From Candidatus Parcubacteria bacterium (lineage in GTDB: Bacteria > Patescibacteriota > Minisyncoccia > Phycocordibacterales > Zambryskibacteraceae): a stretch of 64,000 nucleotides of DNA. The stretch is from positions 1,181 to 65,180 of the forward strand of contig JAIFWO010000001.1 of the NCBI GenBank assembly GCA_019661895.1, given 5' to 3'. A model generated the notes under the pieces. That model did no database searches. It saw only the letters and a list, made by a program, of their open reading frames with translations, and was not told the origin of the DNA. This document shows, piece after piece, positions 1 through 10,830 of the stretch. Numbering within the stretch: position 1 is the first letter of the stretch; the number at the start of each line of letters is the position of its first letter. Both the position numbers and the translations under genes were made by a program.

Positions 1-1
1 C

Positions 2-583
2 ATCGCCATCCCCGGCTCCGGACTCTCGACCAAAGTGCTCCATCCGCGTTCCAATCACGCTTTGGCACAAGAGATGGTCGAGGCTGGAGGAGGTCTCCTC
101 TCAGAATACGACGACGAGATGCCAGCCGGCGTTTGGGCCTTTCCAAAAAGGAATAGGATCATGGCTGGGATGTGCCACGCCACTATCGTCATTGAAGCGG
201 GTCACAAATCCGGCACGCTCATCACCTCCCGTCTCGCCACCGAATACAACAGAGAGGTCGGCGCGGTGCCTGGACCTATCTACTCCTCGACCTCGGAAGG
301 CCCGCATATGCTTATCCGCCTCGGTGCGGCTCTTATCCGAGATGCGGCCGATGTCTTGGAACTTCTTGGACTCAAGAGTGGCGAGACCGGGACCCTTTTC
401 GATACCAACGACCTTACGGACGATGAGAAAGTTTTCATAAATCTTTTAGCCGAGCCTTGTGAGCGCGACCTCTTAGTCCGTAATTCAAAATTTGAAATCT
501 CCCGCGCCAGCGCCACTCTATCTTTGCTCGAAATCAAAGGCTTGATCGCGGAAGAACTTGGTGAAGTGAGAAAGACGTTTTGA
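2..583 (+). CDS. dprA: DNA-processing protein DprA (5'-truncated by window edge)
   Basis: FPKRNRIMAG, IEAGHKSGTLIT and VPGPIYS motifs; C-terminal winged helix LSLLEIKGLI; lies upstream of topA as usual. Confidence 0.93.
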   Translation: MAIPGSGLSTKVLHPRSNHALAQEMVEAGGGLLSEYDDEMPAGVWAFPKRNRIMAGMCHATIVIEAGHKSGTLITSRLATEYNREVGAVPGPIYSSTSEGPHMLIRLGAALIRDAADVLELLGLKSGETGTLFDTNDLTDDEKVFINLLAEPCERDLLVRNSKFEISRASATLSLLEIKGLIAEELGEVRKTF

Positions 584-647
584 TACACCTCACCCGCACT
601 TCGTGTCTGCCCTCTCCTTAATAAGGAGAGGGTTGGGTGAGGTGTAT
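583..647. repeat. REP-like nested palindrome between dprA and topA
   Basis: ATACACCTCACCC (583-595) / GGGTGAGGTGTAT (635-647) perfect 13-bp inverted repeat enclosing CCCTCTCCTTA/TAAGGAGAGGG (610-632). Confidence 0.75.
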
Positions 648-687
648 ATATTTGCATTTACATTCTTTCTGTAGTATTTGTTACGTG

Positions 688-2886
688 ATGCGTTTACTTA
701 TTGTCGAATCGCCAAGTAAGGCGAAGACCATAGAAAAATACTTGGGCAAGGACTTCCGCGTGGTGGCCTCGGTCGGCCATGTGCGTGATTTGCCGAAGTC
801 TCAGAAGACTGCCATCGACATCGCAGCGGGCTTCGTGCCCCACTACGAAGTAGTCAAGGGCAAGGAACACGTCATCTCGGAGATAAAGTCTCTCGTGAAG
901 AAAGCCGACGAAGTCCTCCTGGCCACCGACCCCGACCGTGAGGGCGAGGCTATTGCTTGGCACATCAAGGAGGCCGTGGGCCTCAAAGCGCCCAAGCGCA
1001 TCGTCTTCCATGAGATTACCAAGGAAGCGGTCGAGGAGGCTCTCAAGCACCCTCGTGAGATAGATAACGATTTGAAAGAGGCTCAGGAGGCCCGCCGCGT
1101 CTTGGACCGCTTGGTCGGCTATGACCTCTCGGGTCTTATATGGAAGAAGGTGCGTTACGGCCTTTCGGCTGGCCGTGTGCAATCCCCTGCTTTGCGTATC
1201 ATTATGGAGCGCGAGCGTGAGATCCGCGCCTTCAAGCCGGAGACCTATTGGAAGATATTTGCCCTTCTTCGCCAAGGCTCATCAGGACAAACTGCAAGTA
1301 TGCAGTTTGAATGCTCTGTCGAACCAAGAGAGAAAAAGGAGGTCGAGAGAATCCTCGATGAAGGCAAAAAGGGTTCGTGGAAAGTGACGGATATAAAGGA
1401 GACGGAGGTGAAGAGGGCTCCGCGCCCACCATTTATTACCTCGACCCTTCAGCAAGCGGCTTCCTCACGACTCGGCTTCGCACCCTCGCGCACTATGATG
1501 GTAGCCCAGCGCCTCTACGAAGCCGGACACATTACGTACATGCGTACCGACTCGACCAACTTGTCTGTTGCTGCCAAACTTGAGATTCAACATGTGGTGA
1601 ATCTCAAGTTTGGTCCCGAGTATTTCGAGGGACATATCTTCGCGAAGAAGAGCAAAAACGCGCAGGAGGCTCACGAAGCCATCCGCCCGACGCATATGAA
1701 TGTAGAAACGGCTGGGTTGACGGAGGAGCAGCACCGTCTCTACAAACTTATTTGGCAGCGCACGCTCGCCACGCAAATGAAGGACGCCTTGGTGATGCGC
1801 ACCAAAGTGGTGGCAAATATTGAAGGAGCCATTATTCCAGACTTCTGGCTGAATGGTTCAAGAATATTATTCGACGGCTGGACCAAGGCCGACCCCGCCG
1901 CGCAGGGAGAAGATGTCATCTTGCCAGCACTTAAAGTCGGTGAGAATTTGGATTTGAAAGATATCTTAGCGGAGCAGAAAGAGACCGAGCCGCCCGCTCG
2001 TTACTCGGAAGCCGGCCTAATCAAGGAACTCGAGAAGCGCGGTATCGGCCGTCCCTCCACCTACGCCTCTATTATCAAGACCATTGTCGATCGCGGCTAT
2101 GTGGAGAAGATTCAAAAAGCTTTGAAGCCGACTGATACAGGCGACGTGGTCTCGAGCTTCCTTGAAGACAATTTTACCAATTACATATCAGATTCCTTTA
2201 CCGCGGAGATGGAGGATGAGCTCGACGACATTGCGACCGGCAAGCGCACTTATCTTAAAACTCTCAAAGATTTCTATGGCCCCTTCAGCAAGGAGTTGAA
2301 GGAGAAGGGTAAACTCGCTAAGGCCACTGACCTCGGTGAGGCACCGGCGGAATTTAAATGTCCGAAGTGCGGCTCCTCGATGATCGTGAAGCTTGGTCGC
2401 GGGGGCAAATTCCTTTCTTGCTCGCGCTTCCCCGACTGCACAGGATCCTTGACCATGGAAGGCGTCGAGATCAAGAAGGATGAACCAATTGGCACAGACC
2501 CCGAGAGCGGTTTGTCTGTATATCTCTTAAATGGCCGCTTCGGTCCATATGTCCAGCTCGGTGAGGATAGCGGCAAGGGCAAAAGTAAAGTCAAAGCCAA
2601 GAAAGCCTCAGTGCCGAAGGAGAAAGATCTCTCAAGCGTGGCATTGGCTGACGCCCTGCATTATCTATCTCTCCCGCGCGAGCTCGGTGCACATCCTGAA
2701 ACCGGCGAGAAGATTACGGCAAACATCGGCCGCTTCGGCCCGTACATTGCTCACAACACCAAACCTAAGGCAGACTTCAGATCTCTTAAGACCGACGACG
2801 TCTATAAGATCACCCTCGCCCGCGCCCTTGAGATCTTGAAGGAGCCGAAGAAGATGAGAGGATTCAAAAAGAAAGCTAAACAGTAA
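688..2886 (+). CDS. topA: DNA topoisomerase I
   Basis: TOPRIM LLIVESPSKAKTI, ATDPDREGE, SAGRVQS, ITYMRTDS active Tyr, one C4 zinc ribbon, GRFGPY C-terminal repeats; likely start ATG 688. Confidence 0.97.
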   Translation: MRLLIVESPSKAKTIEKYLGKDFRVVASVGHVRDLPKSQKTAIDIAAGFVPHYEVVKGKEHVISEIKSLVKKADEVLLATDPDREGEAIAWHIKEAVGLKAPKRIVFHEITKEAVEEALKHPREIDNDLKEAQEARRVLDRLVGYDLSGLIWKKVRYGLSAGRVQSPALRIIMEREREIRAFKPETYWKIFALLRQGSSGQTASMQFECSVEPREKKEVERILDEGKKGSWKVTDIKETEVKRAPRPPFITSTLQQAASSRLGFAPSRTMMVAQRLYEAGHITYMRTDSTNLSVAAKLEIQHVVNLKFGPEYFEGHIFAKKSKNAQEAHEAIRPTHMNVETAGLTEEQHRLYKLIWQRTLATQMKDALVMRTKVVANIEGAIIPDFWLNGSRILFDGWTKADPAAQGEDVILPALKVGENLDLKDILAEQKETEPPARYSEAGLIKELEKRGIGRPSTYASIIKTIVDRGYVEKIQKALKPTDTGDVVSSFLEDNFTNYISDSFTAEMEDELDDIATGKRTYLKTLKDFYGPFSKELKEKGKLAKATDLGEAPAEFKCPKCGSSMIVKLGRGGKFLSCSRFPDCTGSLTMEGVEIKKDEPIGTDPESGLSVYLLNGRFGPYVQLGEDSGKGKSKVKAKKASVPKEKDLSSVALADALHYLSLPRELGAHPETGEKITANIGRFGPYIAHNTKPKADFRSLKTDDVYKITLARALEILKEPKKMRGFKKKAKQ

Positions 2887-3856
2887 AGTTCTTGATCGAG
2901 TAGAGATCCTCGTCATCCGATGCTTCCATGATATTTTCGGCGCCTTCGTTGGCCAGCATCTTCTCCTCTTCCGTCAGAGGTACGGCTGCCTCGGGAGCGG
3001 CGTCAAGTTCGGTCTGCACCTTCTCTTCGATCTTCATGGGCTCTTGAGAGAGTTTATCAAGAAGGCTGCGGAGATCCTCTGGCGAGAAGAAGTCGATAGT
3101 AAGTTTGCCTCCATTCTCTCGCTTCTCGATGTGCACTCTGGTACCAAGAGACTCCTGGAATCTCTCCTCAAGATCAACAAGCTCTGGGTCCATCTGCTTC
3201 CTGGCACGCTCCGTGGCAATCCGGCGAGCGATCCCCTCGGCGTCACGGACATTTAACTTTTTATATAAGATTTCTTTAAATAGAGTGTCCTGTTCCTCCG
3301 GCCTATCGGTGAGCATCATGAGGGGCCTGGTGTGGCCTTCGGTGATCTTCCCTTCCGCCAGGGCTTGGAGCATCGGCTCGGGCAACATGAGGATGCGTAA
3401 GGTGTTGGAGACGTACTCGCGGCTCTTGCCCACCTTCTTGCCGATCTCGGCGTGCTTGAAGCCGAATTCTCTGGCCAACTTTTCAAAAGCTCTGGCTCGG
3501 TCCACCGGATTCAAATCCTCGCGCTGGATGTTCTCAATGATTGCCAATTCGAGCTTCATGAGATCCGTTTCCTCGCCGTTCCTTACTTGAGCTGGGACTT
3601 GCGAGAGACCGGCAAGTCGAGCCGCGCGCAAACGTCGCTCGCCGGCGATGAGCTCGTACTCGGTGGCCAAGCCGCCTTCCGGCTTCTCGACCTCTTTGCG
3701 CGTGACCACGAGGGCTTGGAGGACGCCGTATTGGCGAATGGAATCCGCCAAGCTCTTAAGCGCCATCTCATCGAACTCGCGCCTCGGCTGGTAAGGATTC
3801 GGGTGGATCTTATCGACTTCGATCCAAAAGATTGCTTCACTAAAGCGTTCTGACAT
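2876..3856 (-). CDS. parB: ParB/Spo0J chromosome partitioning protein
   Basis: PNPYQPRREF, IAGERRLRA (GxxR CTPase box), IENIQREDLNP, HTH VGKSREYVSNTLR. Confidence 0.95.
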   Translation of the reverse strand: MSERFSEAIFWIEVDKIHPNPYQPRREFDEMALKSLADSIRQYGVLQALVVTRKEVEKPEGGLATEYELIAGERRLRAARLAGLSQVPAQVRNGEETDLMKLELAIIENIQREDLNPVDRARAFEKLAREFGFKHAEIGKKVGKSREYVSNTLRILMLPEPMLQALAEGKITEGHTRPLMMLTDRPEEQDTLFKEILYKKLNVRDAEGIARRIATERARKQMDPELVDLEERFQESLGTRVHIEKRENGGKLTIDFFSPEDLRSLLDKLSQEPMKIEEKVQTELDAAPEAAVPLTEEEKMLANEGAENIMEASDDEDLYSIKNFTV

Positions 3857-3872
3857 GAGTGTATTCTAACAA

Positions 3873-3955
3873 ACAATGGACAATGAACAATGGACTATCG
3901 ATTTTGAGTTTTCTGGTTTATATTGTAAATTGATGATTGTTCATAGTTTATTAAT
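3873..3955. repeat. Two inverted arrays of degenerate heptamer repeats
   Basis: ACAATGG ACAATGA ACAATGG ACTATCG (3873-3900) facing TATTGTA AATTGAT GATTGTT CATAGTT (3921-3948). Confidence 0.6.
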
Positions 3956-3956
3956 T

Positions 3957-4040
3957 GCCGGAGTGGCGGAATGGTAGACGCGCACGACTCAAAATCGTGT
4001 CTCGCAAGGGGTGGAGGTTCGAGTCCTCTCTCCGGCACCA
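3957..4040 (+). tRNA. tRNA-Leu(CAA)
   Basis: Acceptor GCCGGAG/CTCCGGC, anticodon arm CACGA-CTCAAAA-TCGTG, long variable arm, GTTCGAG T-loop, encoded CCA. Confidence 0.96.
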
Positions 4041-4096
4041 CAGATAAAAGGATCGGGTTCATCCCGGGCTTTTTATCTGTCGAGGAGGACGAGAAA

Positions 4097-4167
4097 GCCG
4101 GAGCACGACGGTGCGAGGCGGGGTCGCGGAAATTTCCAGCGGGAAATTATCTGTGACCGAGTCCTCT
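4097..4167 (+). repeat. tRNA-linked structured element, copy 1 (core plus duplicated T-arm sequence)
   Basis: GCC-GGA-GCAC/GTGC-GA-GGC-GG-GGTCGCGGA...TCTGTGACC followed by CGAGTCCTCT, identical to tRNA-Leu 4020-4029. Confidence 0.8.
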
Positions 4168-4201
4168 AGCACAATATATTAAATTCCTATAGTGTATCCC
4201 C

Positions 4202-5098
4202 ATGAAGCCGAAAGTATTGGTGATAGTAGGCTCGACCGCTTCGGGGAAGAGCGCTTTGGCGGTACGACTTGCTAAGAAGTTTAATGGCGAGGTGATTTCA
4301 GCTGATTCTCGCCAGGTGTATAAAGGTTTAAATGTCGGGACGGGCAAGATTACGAAGAAAGAAATGAGCGGTATTCCCCACCACCTCCTCGATGTGGCCG
4401 ATCCTAAAAAGCCATTCTCCGTCTCGGATTACAAAGAACTGACTGAGAAATCTATACGATATATCGTATATAAAGATAAACTGCCCATTATCGTCGGAGG
4501 TGCAGGATTTTACATAGATGCGATAACCGGTCGTGCTACCCTACCGGAAGTGCCGCCGAATAAGAAGCTGAGGAGAGTTTTAGAAAAGAAATCAAAAGAA
4601 GAGTTGTTTAAGATACTCAAAAAGAAAGACCCGAAGAGAGCCGAAATTATTGATAAAGATAATAAGGTAAGACTCGTACGCGCGCTTGAGATCGTAGAAG
4701 CTTTGGGAAAAGTACCTGAGATAAAAAATAATAAAATAAATAATAGGAAATATATTTTCATCGGCCTGAGGCCGGAGCAAAAAGAGCTTGAGAGGAGAAT
4801 TTATAAACGCTTAATAGAGCGCCTGCCAGGCATGATTAGGGAAGCTAAATCCTTGCGCCGGAAAGGCCTAAGCATAAAGAGAATGGAAGCGCTCGGCCTT
4901 GAGTATCGCTATCTGGCGAGATTCTTACAAAACAAGATTACCAAGGAAGAATTCGTCACCCAACTCTTCGCCGAGATTAAAAAGTATTCCAAGCGCCAAT
5001 GGGTGTGGTTTAAACGCAATAAAGAGATTGAGTGGTTTGAACCTAACGAGTTCAAAGAGATTGCGAAATATGCTAGTATCTCGCTCAAGGGCGATTAG
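4202..5098 (+). CDS. miaA: tRNA dimethylallyltransferase
   Basis: GSTASGKS P-loop, ISADSRQVYKGLNVGTGK, IPHHLLDV, YSKRQWVWF. Confidence 0.97.
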   Translation: MKPKVLVIVGSTASGKSALAVRLAKKFNGEVISADSRQVYKGLNVGTGKITKKEMSGIPHHLLDVADPKKPFSVSDYKELTEKSIRYIVYKDKLPIIVGGAGFYIDAITGRATLPEVPPNKKLRRVLEKKSKEELFKILKKKDPKRAEIIDKDNKVRLVRALEIVEALGKVPEIKNNKINNRKYIFIGLRPEQKELERRIYKRLIERLPGMIREAKSLRRKGLSIKRMEALGLEYRYLARFLQNKITKEEFVTQLFAEIKKYSKRQWVWFKRNKEIEWFEPNEFKEIAKYASISLKGD

Positions 5099-5159
5099 TT
5101 TAGTGGTAGAACAGCGGTCTCCAAAACCGCTGGCGAGGGTTCGATTCCTTCATCGCCCG
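5089..5159 (+). tRNA. tRNA-Trp(CCA), overlapping the miaA stop codon
   Basis: GGGCGAT/ATCGCCC acceptor, GCGGT-CTCCAAA-ACCGC anticodon arm, GTTCGATT T-loop. Confidence 0.95.
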
Positions 5160-5212
5160 CAATGATCCGCAAGAATGTCTGGGAGACATTCGCGTGGAGT
5201 ACCAGCGCGTGT

Positions 5213-5320
5213 GCGAGAAGGAATCGAGAGCCGCAGTCCCGCTTCAGACGGGACGAGGCGGGGTCGAGCAAATCCCGAGCACGGGATTATGCGTGACCGA
5301 TTCCTTCATCGCCCGCAATG
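5213..5320 (+). repeat. tRNA-linked structured element, copy 2 (antisense T-arm, core, 23-nt duplication of tRNA 3' end)
   Basis: 5298-5320 is identical to 5142-5164; 5213-5227 is antisense to the tRNA T-arm/acceptor; the conserved core lies between them. Confidence 0.85.
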
Positions 5321-5350
5321 TAAGAAAAAGCCCGGTTGCCCGGGGATTTC

Positions 5351-5524
5351 TTAGGCCTTCTTCTCTTTGTAAACCGTATGCTTCTTCGCGATCGGATTGT
5401 ACTTCTTGACTTCGATCTTGCCTTCGACTGACTTCTTGTTCTTGGTCGAATAATAGGTGTGGCCCTTGCCGACGCCCTTCGGGTCTCCGACGGAGACGAG
5501 CTTTATGAGGTGATCTTGTGACAT
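5351..5524 (-). CDS. rpmG: 50S ribosomal protein L33 (cysteine-free form; below ORF-track cutoff)
   Basis: Manual translation MSQDHLIKLVSVGDPKGVGKGHTYYSTKNKKSVEGKIEVKKYNPIAKKHTVYKEKKA*. Confidence 0.93.
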   Translation of the reverse strand: MSQDHLIKLVSVGDPKGVGKGHTYYSTKNKKSVEGKIEVKKYNPIAKKHTVYKEKKA

Positions 5525-5591
5525 AGGTTATAAGAATACCCAATATGTCAGATTTTGCAAGTAGAGCCAAAATGCTCTAGAATGACCTCAC

Positions 5592-5677
5592 GCGTCGGTG
5601 GTAGAGTGGTCAATTACAACAGACTGTAAATCTGTCGGCTTCGGCCTACGCAGGTTCGAATCCTGCCCGGCGCACCA
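5592..5677 (+). tRNA. tRNA-Tyr(GTA)
   Basis: GCGTCGG/CCGGCGC acceptor, ACAGA-CTGTAAA-TCTGT anticodon arm, variable arm, encoded CCA. Confidence 0.96.
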
Positions 5678-5720
5678 ATACGAAACAAGGTGCTTAATGC
5701 ACCTTTTTCGATTGGTGCGA

Positions 5721-5782
5721 GCCGGAGCGCGACGGCGCGAGGCGGGGTCGCAGAACTTTTCAACAGAAAAGTATCCGTGACC
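5721..5782 (+). repeat. tRNA-linked structured element, copy 3
   Basis: GCC-GGA-GCGC/GCGC-GA-GGC-GG-GGTCGCAGA-ACTTTTC/GAAAAGT-A-TCCGTGACC. Confidence 0.8.
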
Positions 5783-5895
5783 ACAAATACACTTATTTTC
5801 TTAAATAGTAATTGCTTTTTGCCACTCGTAAGCTAGTATGAGGACAGAGCCAGGAAAGGCCAGTTCTATTCAAACCCCATACTGAGGAAACAGGC

Positions 5896-7122
5896 ATGAG
5901 CAACATCATCGACTACTTTGTGAACAGGGACCAATTCGACCTCGCCATTGCCCTCACCAAGCATATGCCGGGAAGCGATCGGGAAAAGCTGCTTGGTCAG
6001 ATCCTCGCACGCGCCCTCAACGAACGGCAAGACGAGGCAGCTACACAAATCTTAGAAATGCTTGGTCGGCCGATCACGGACTCAGAACGAGCGGCGAGCT
6101 GTCGAGCAAGGCTGCGCCAGAGAAACCGTTCTTTAGTGAAGGGTGCTCGGGATGTGGCAGAGCAAGTAACGGACGATGCGTTGCGAGCCCAGTTGCAAAG
6201 AGAAATAGACGTGTCCTGCCTTCATTACGGATTCGTAGAAGAAGTGTCTGTTATGTCGCCGGAAGAAATCATCGACTGGGTCGCCGAGCATCTTCGTCGT
6301 TATGACTTCGAGGCAGTGGTGAGTCCAATCATTAAGTTTTTCTCGATCGACTTCGAGCCTCTTCTCAAGAAGATGCGGGCTGAGGCAGTGACGGCCGGCG
6401 ACTTCGATCTAGCGAGTCGGATCGCAAGCATTTCTGGACAAGGTCTCCAACTTGGCGAACTCATCGAACTTTTCGGAGCGTGCAAGAGCAAGCTGGAGAA
6501 GGATCTAAGAGAGTCCTCTAACAGTCTGTACAGAATGGAAAAACTTGTCAAACTCTTGCCGACCCAGAATAGGAAGTCAGCCAGAAGGTGGATGATTGGT
6601 ATCCATATCCGAGCAGGCAGGACCCGTGACGCTCGTGAGCTTTTGGAAAGCTTGCCCGAGAGAGAGCGGGGCCTCTTTGCGGAACGAATTCTCGCTCGGG
6701 AACTTGATCCTCGGGAGGGAGTCTCGTTTCGAGATGTGTGGGAAACGGAAAAATACTTGGGGAGAGAGCTTACGCTTGATGAAGTGCGCAAGAGGCTCAC
6801 CTTCGTTTTTGTCGACAAAGGTGTGCATTTACGCTTCATCACACGTCTGCCCCAAGCAGAGCAGCCACCTTACCTCGAAAAGTTTGTTGAGGACAAGGTT
6901 AGGTCTCATGACTTACCCGCTGCACTTGAGGCCACTCGGCTCATCCCCCGTGATCTTAAGATCGATGAGCTCTTCACTATGCTCTACAAAGCTAGTGGAT
7001 CATATGATCTCTGGTGTTGCCAACGGACTCCAGAACCACGCATGGTAGAGTCAAGCAGGCAAGCAATAGAAGAGATTGCCCGGCACATCGCGAGTCGATC
7101 TGTTCCCACGCAAGTTGCCTAA
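5896..7122 (+). CDS. Hypothetical alpha-helical repeat protein
   Basis: 408-aa ORF with SD-like GAGG; recurring GRxLTxxE-like motif; hairpin terminator at ~7144-7174. Confidence 0.75.
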   Translation: MSNIIDYFVNRDQFDLAIALTKHMPGSDREKLLGQILARALNERQDEAATQILEMLGRPITDSERAASCRARLRQRNRSLVKGARDVAEQVTDDALRAQLQREIDVSCLHYGFVEEVSVMSPEEIIDWVAEHLRRYDFEAVVSPIIKFFSIDFEPLLKKMRAEAVTAGDFDLASRIASISGQGLQLGELIELFGACKSKLEKDLRESSNSLYRMEKLVKLLPTQNRKSARRWMIGIHIRAGRTRDARELLESLPERERGLFAERILARELDPREGVSFRDVWETEKYLGRELTLDEVRKRLTFVFVDKGVHLRFITRLPQAEQPPYLEKFVEDKVRSHDLPAALEATRLIPRDLKIDELFTMLYKASGSYDLWCCQRTPEPRMVESSRQAIEEIARHIASRSVPTQVA

Positions 7123-7249
7123 CTGTTGTTCCTTGCGATGTCATCCCGCATGTCTTTCAACATGCGGGAGTTTTATATGGGGCACCCTTGAATAATTTAA
7201 GTATAGGGTTCAGAATGGTGCTGGATCTAACTTAACCGGAGAGTCTTTT

Positions 7250-7729
7250 ATGCAAAAGATTGAAGACTTCTTCGGTTTGGCGAAGAAGTTGGCACATTCA
7301 CGATGGTGGTTGTATGAGATCCTCCCACGAGAGGATTACGAACAGGAAGCCTTCCTGGCCTTGGTTCTGGCGTGGGAGAAATTTGATCCCGCTCGAAGGC
7401 TCAAATTCAGCACTTATGCGTATTATCGCATTAAGGGCGCCCTCATCAACGCCGAACGCACTTGGCAAAAGTTCCACCGGAAAACTGGATCTTGGCCTCG
7501 ATTCTCAACCTATAATTTGAATTTCCGGTTCAAGGGGATGACTGAGGCTGATCTCGAACCTCTTGTGGATTTGTTTGAAGGCGAATGGTTCACTGTACCG
7601 GCGAAGATGGTCTTTCTTGAGGGATGTACGGTCGCCGAGACTGCGCAGGCCTGCGGGTATACCAAAAACGCGGTTCATCAGGCTTGTTCCTACTGGCGAA
7701 GAAAGCTGGTGAAGGAACTTGCGAGTTGA
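7250..7729 (+). CDS. Minimal sigma-70 family sigma factor (regions 2 and 4)
   Basis: DYEQEAFLAL...FDPARRLKFSTYAYYRIKG (region 2, FliA/SigF-like) and C-terminal HTH EGCTVAETAQACGYTKNAV. Confidence 0.8.
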   Translation: MQKIEDFFGLAKKLAHSRWWLYEILPREDYEQEAFLALVLAWEKFDPARRLKFSTYAYYRIKGALINAERTWQKFHRKTGSWPRFSTYNLNFRFKGMTEADLEPLVDLFEGEWFTVPAKMVFLEGCTVAETAQACGYTKNAVHQACSYWRRKLVKELAS

Positions 7730-7787
7730 AGAGTCTCATTTGAGACTCTTTTTAATTTACAAAGAAAAAGACCGGATCACTCCGGTC

Positions 7788-8138
7788 CTAGTGCGAGTCG
7801 GCAAGGGCTTTTTGATCCTTCTTCTTTAGCTCCTCTGTCCACAGAGTAGCAAAGTTGATGGGAGGACGAGTTTGTTCGTCCTCGAAGCGTTTGAGCACTT
7901 CGGCAAGAGTGTAGCCGCGCAAAATTGCCGCGTCTACAGGATCTGCGAATTCGAGATCGTGAGTGGCGGCGACCTCTGCGGCGGGCTTGCCTTTCTTGCC
8001 ATTTGGCCGCGGTAGGCTCTTAAGGAAGTCCTGCCACCCATTTTCGGTACCGATCGTACCCTCATTGGGTTTGGAATTGCGACATTCGCACACAAGGTCT
8101 TGTCCGTCGACACGACGAACTCGAATGAACTCTATCAT
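7788..8138 (-). CDS. Hypothetical protein
   Basis: 116-aa ORF followed by bidirectional hairpins (7730-7787). Confidence 0.6.
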   Translation of the reverse strand: MIEFIRVRRVDGQDLVCECRNSKPNEGTIGTENGWQDFLKSLPRPNGKKGKPAAEVAATHDLEFADPVDAAILRGYTLAEVLKRFEDEQTRPPINFATLWTEELKKKDQKALADSH

Positions 8139-8201
8139 CTTTAAACCCCCGATTGATGTTATCCTGAGATATTGTCGCAGACTTACTGTAGAGCCACAAC
8201 T

Positions 8202-10788
<2,587 letters not shown>

Positions 10789-10830
10789 ATTTATAGCCTT
10801 ATTATATGCAATTTTCTAGGAAAATCAAGT

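Noticed and set aside
3971-4156. Small ORFs over tRNAs and their trailers (also 5598-5780, 14953-15153) sharing EAGSR-like peptides
   Set aside because: The similarity comes from the tRNA-linked nucleotide element; these ORFs begin inside or run across tRNA genes.
5244-5570. 108-aa ORF from the track
   Set aside because: It overlaps the real rpmG (5351-5524) in another frame.
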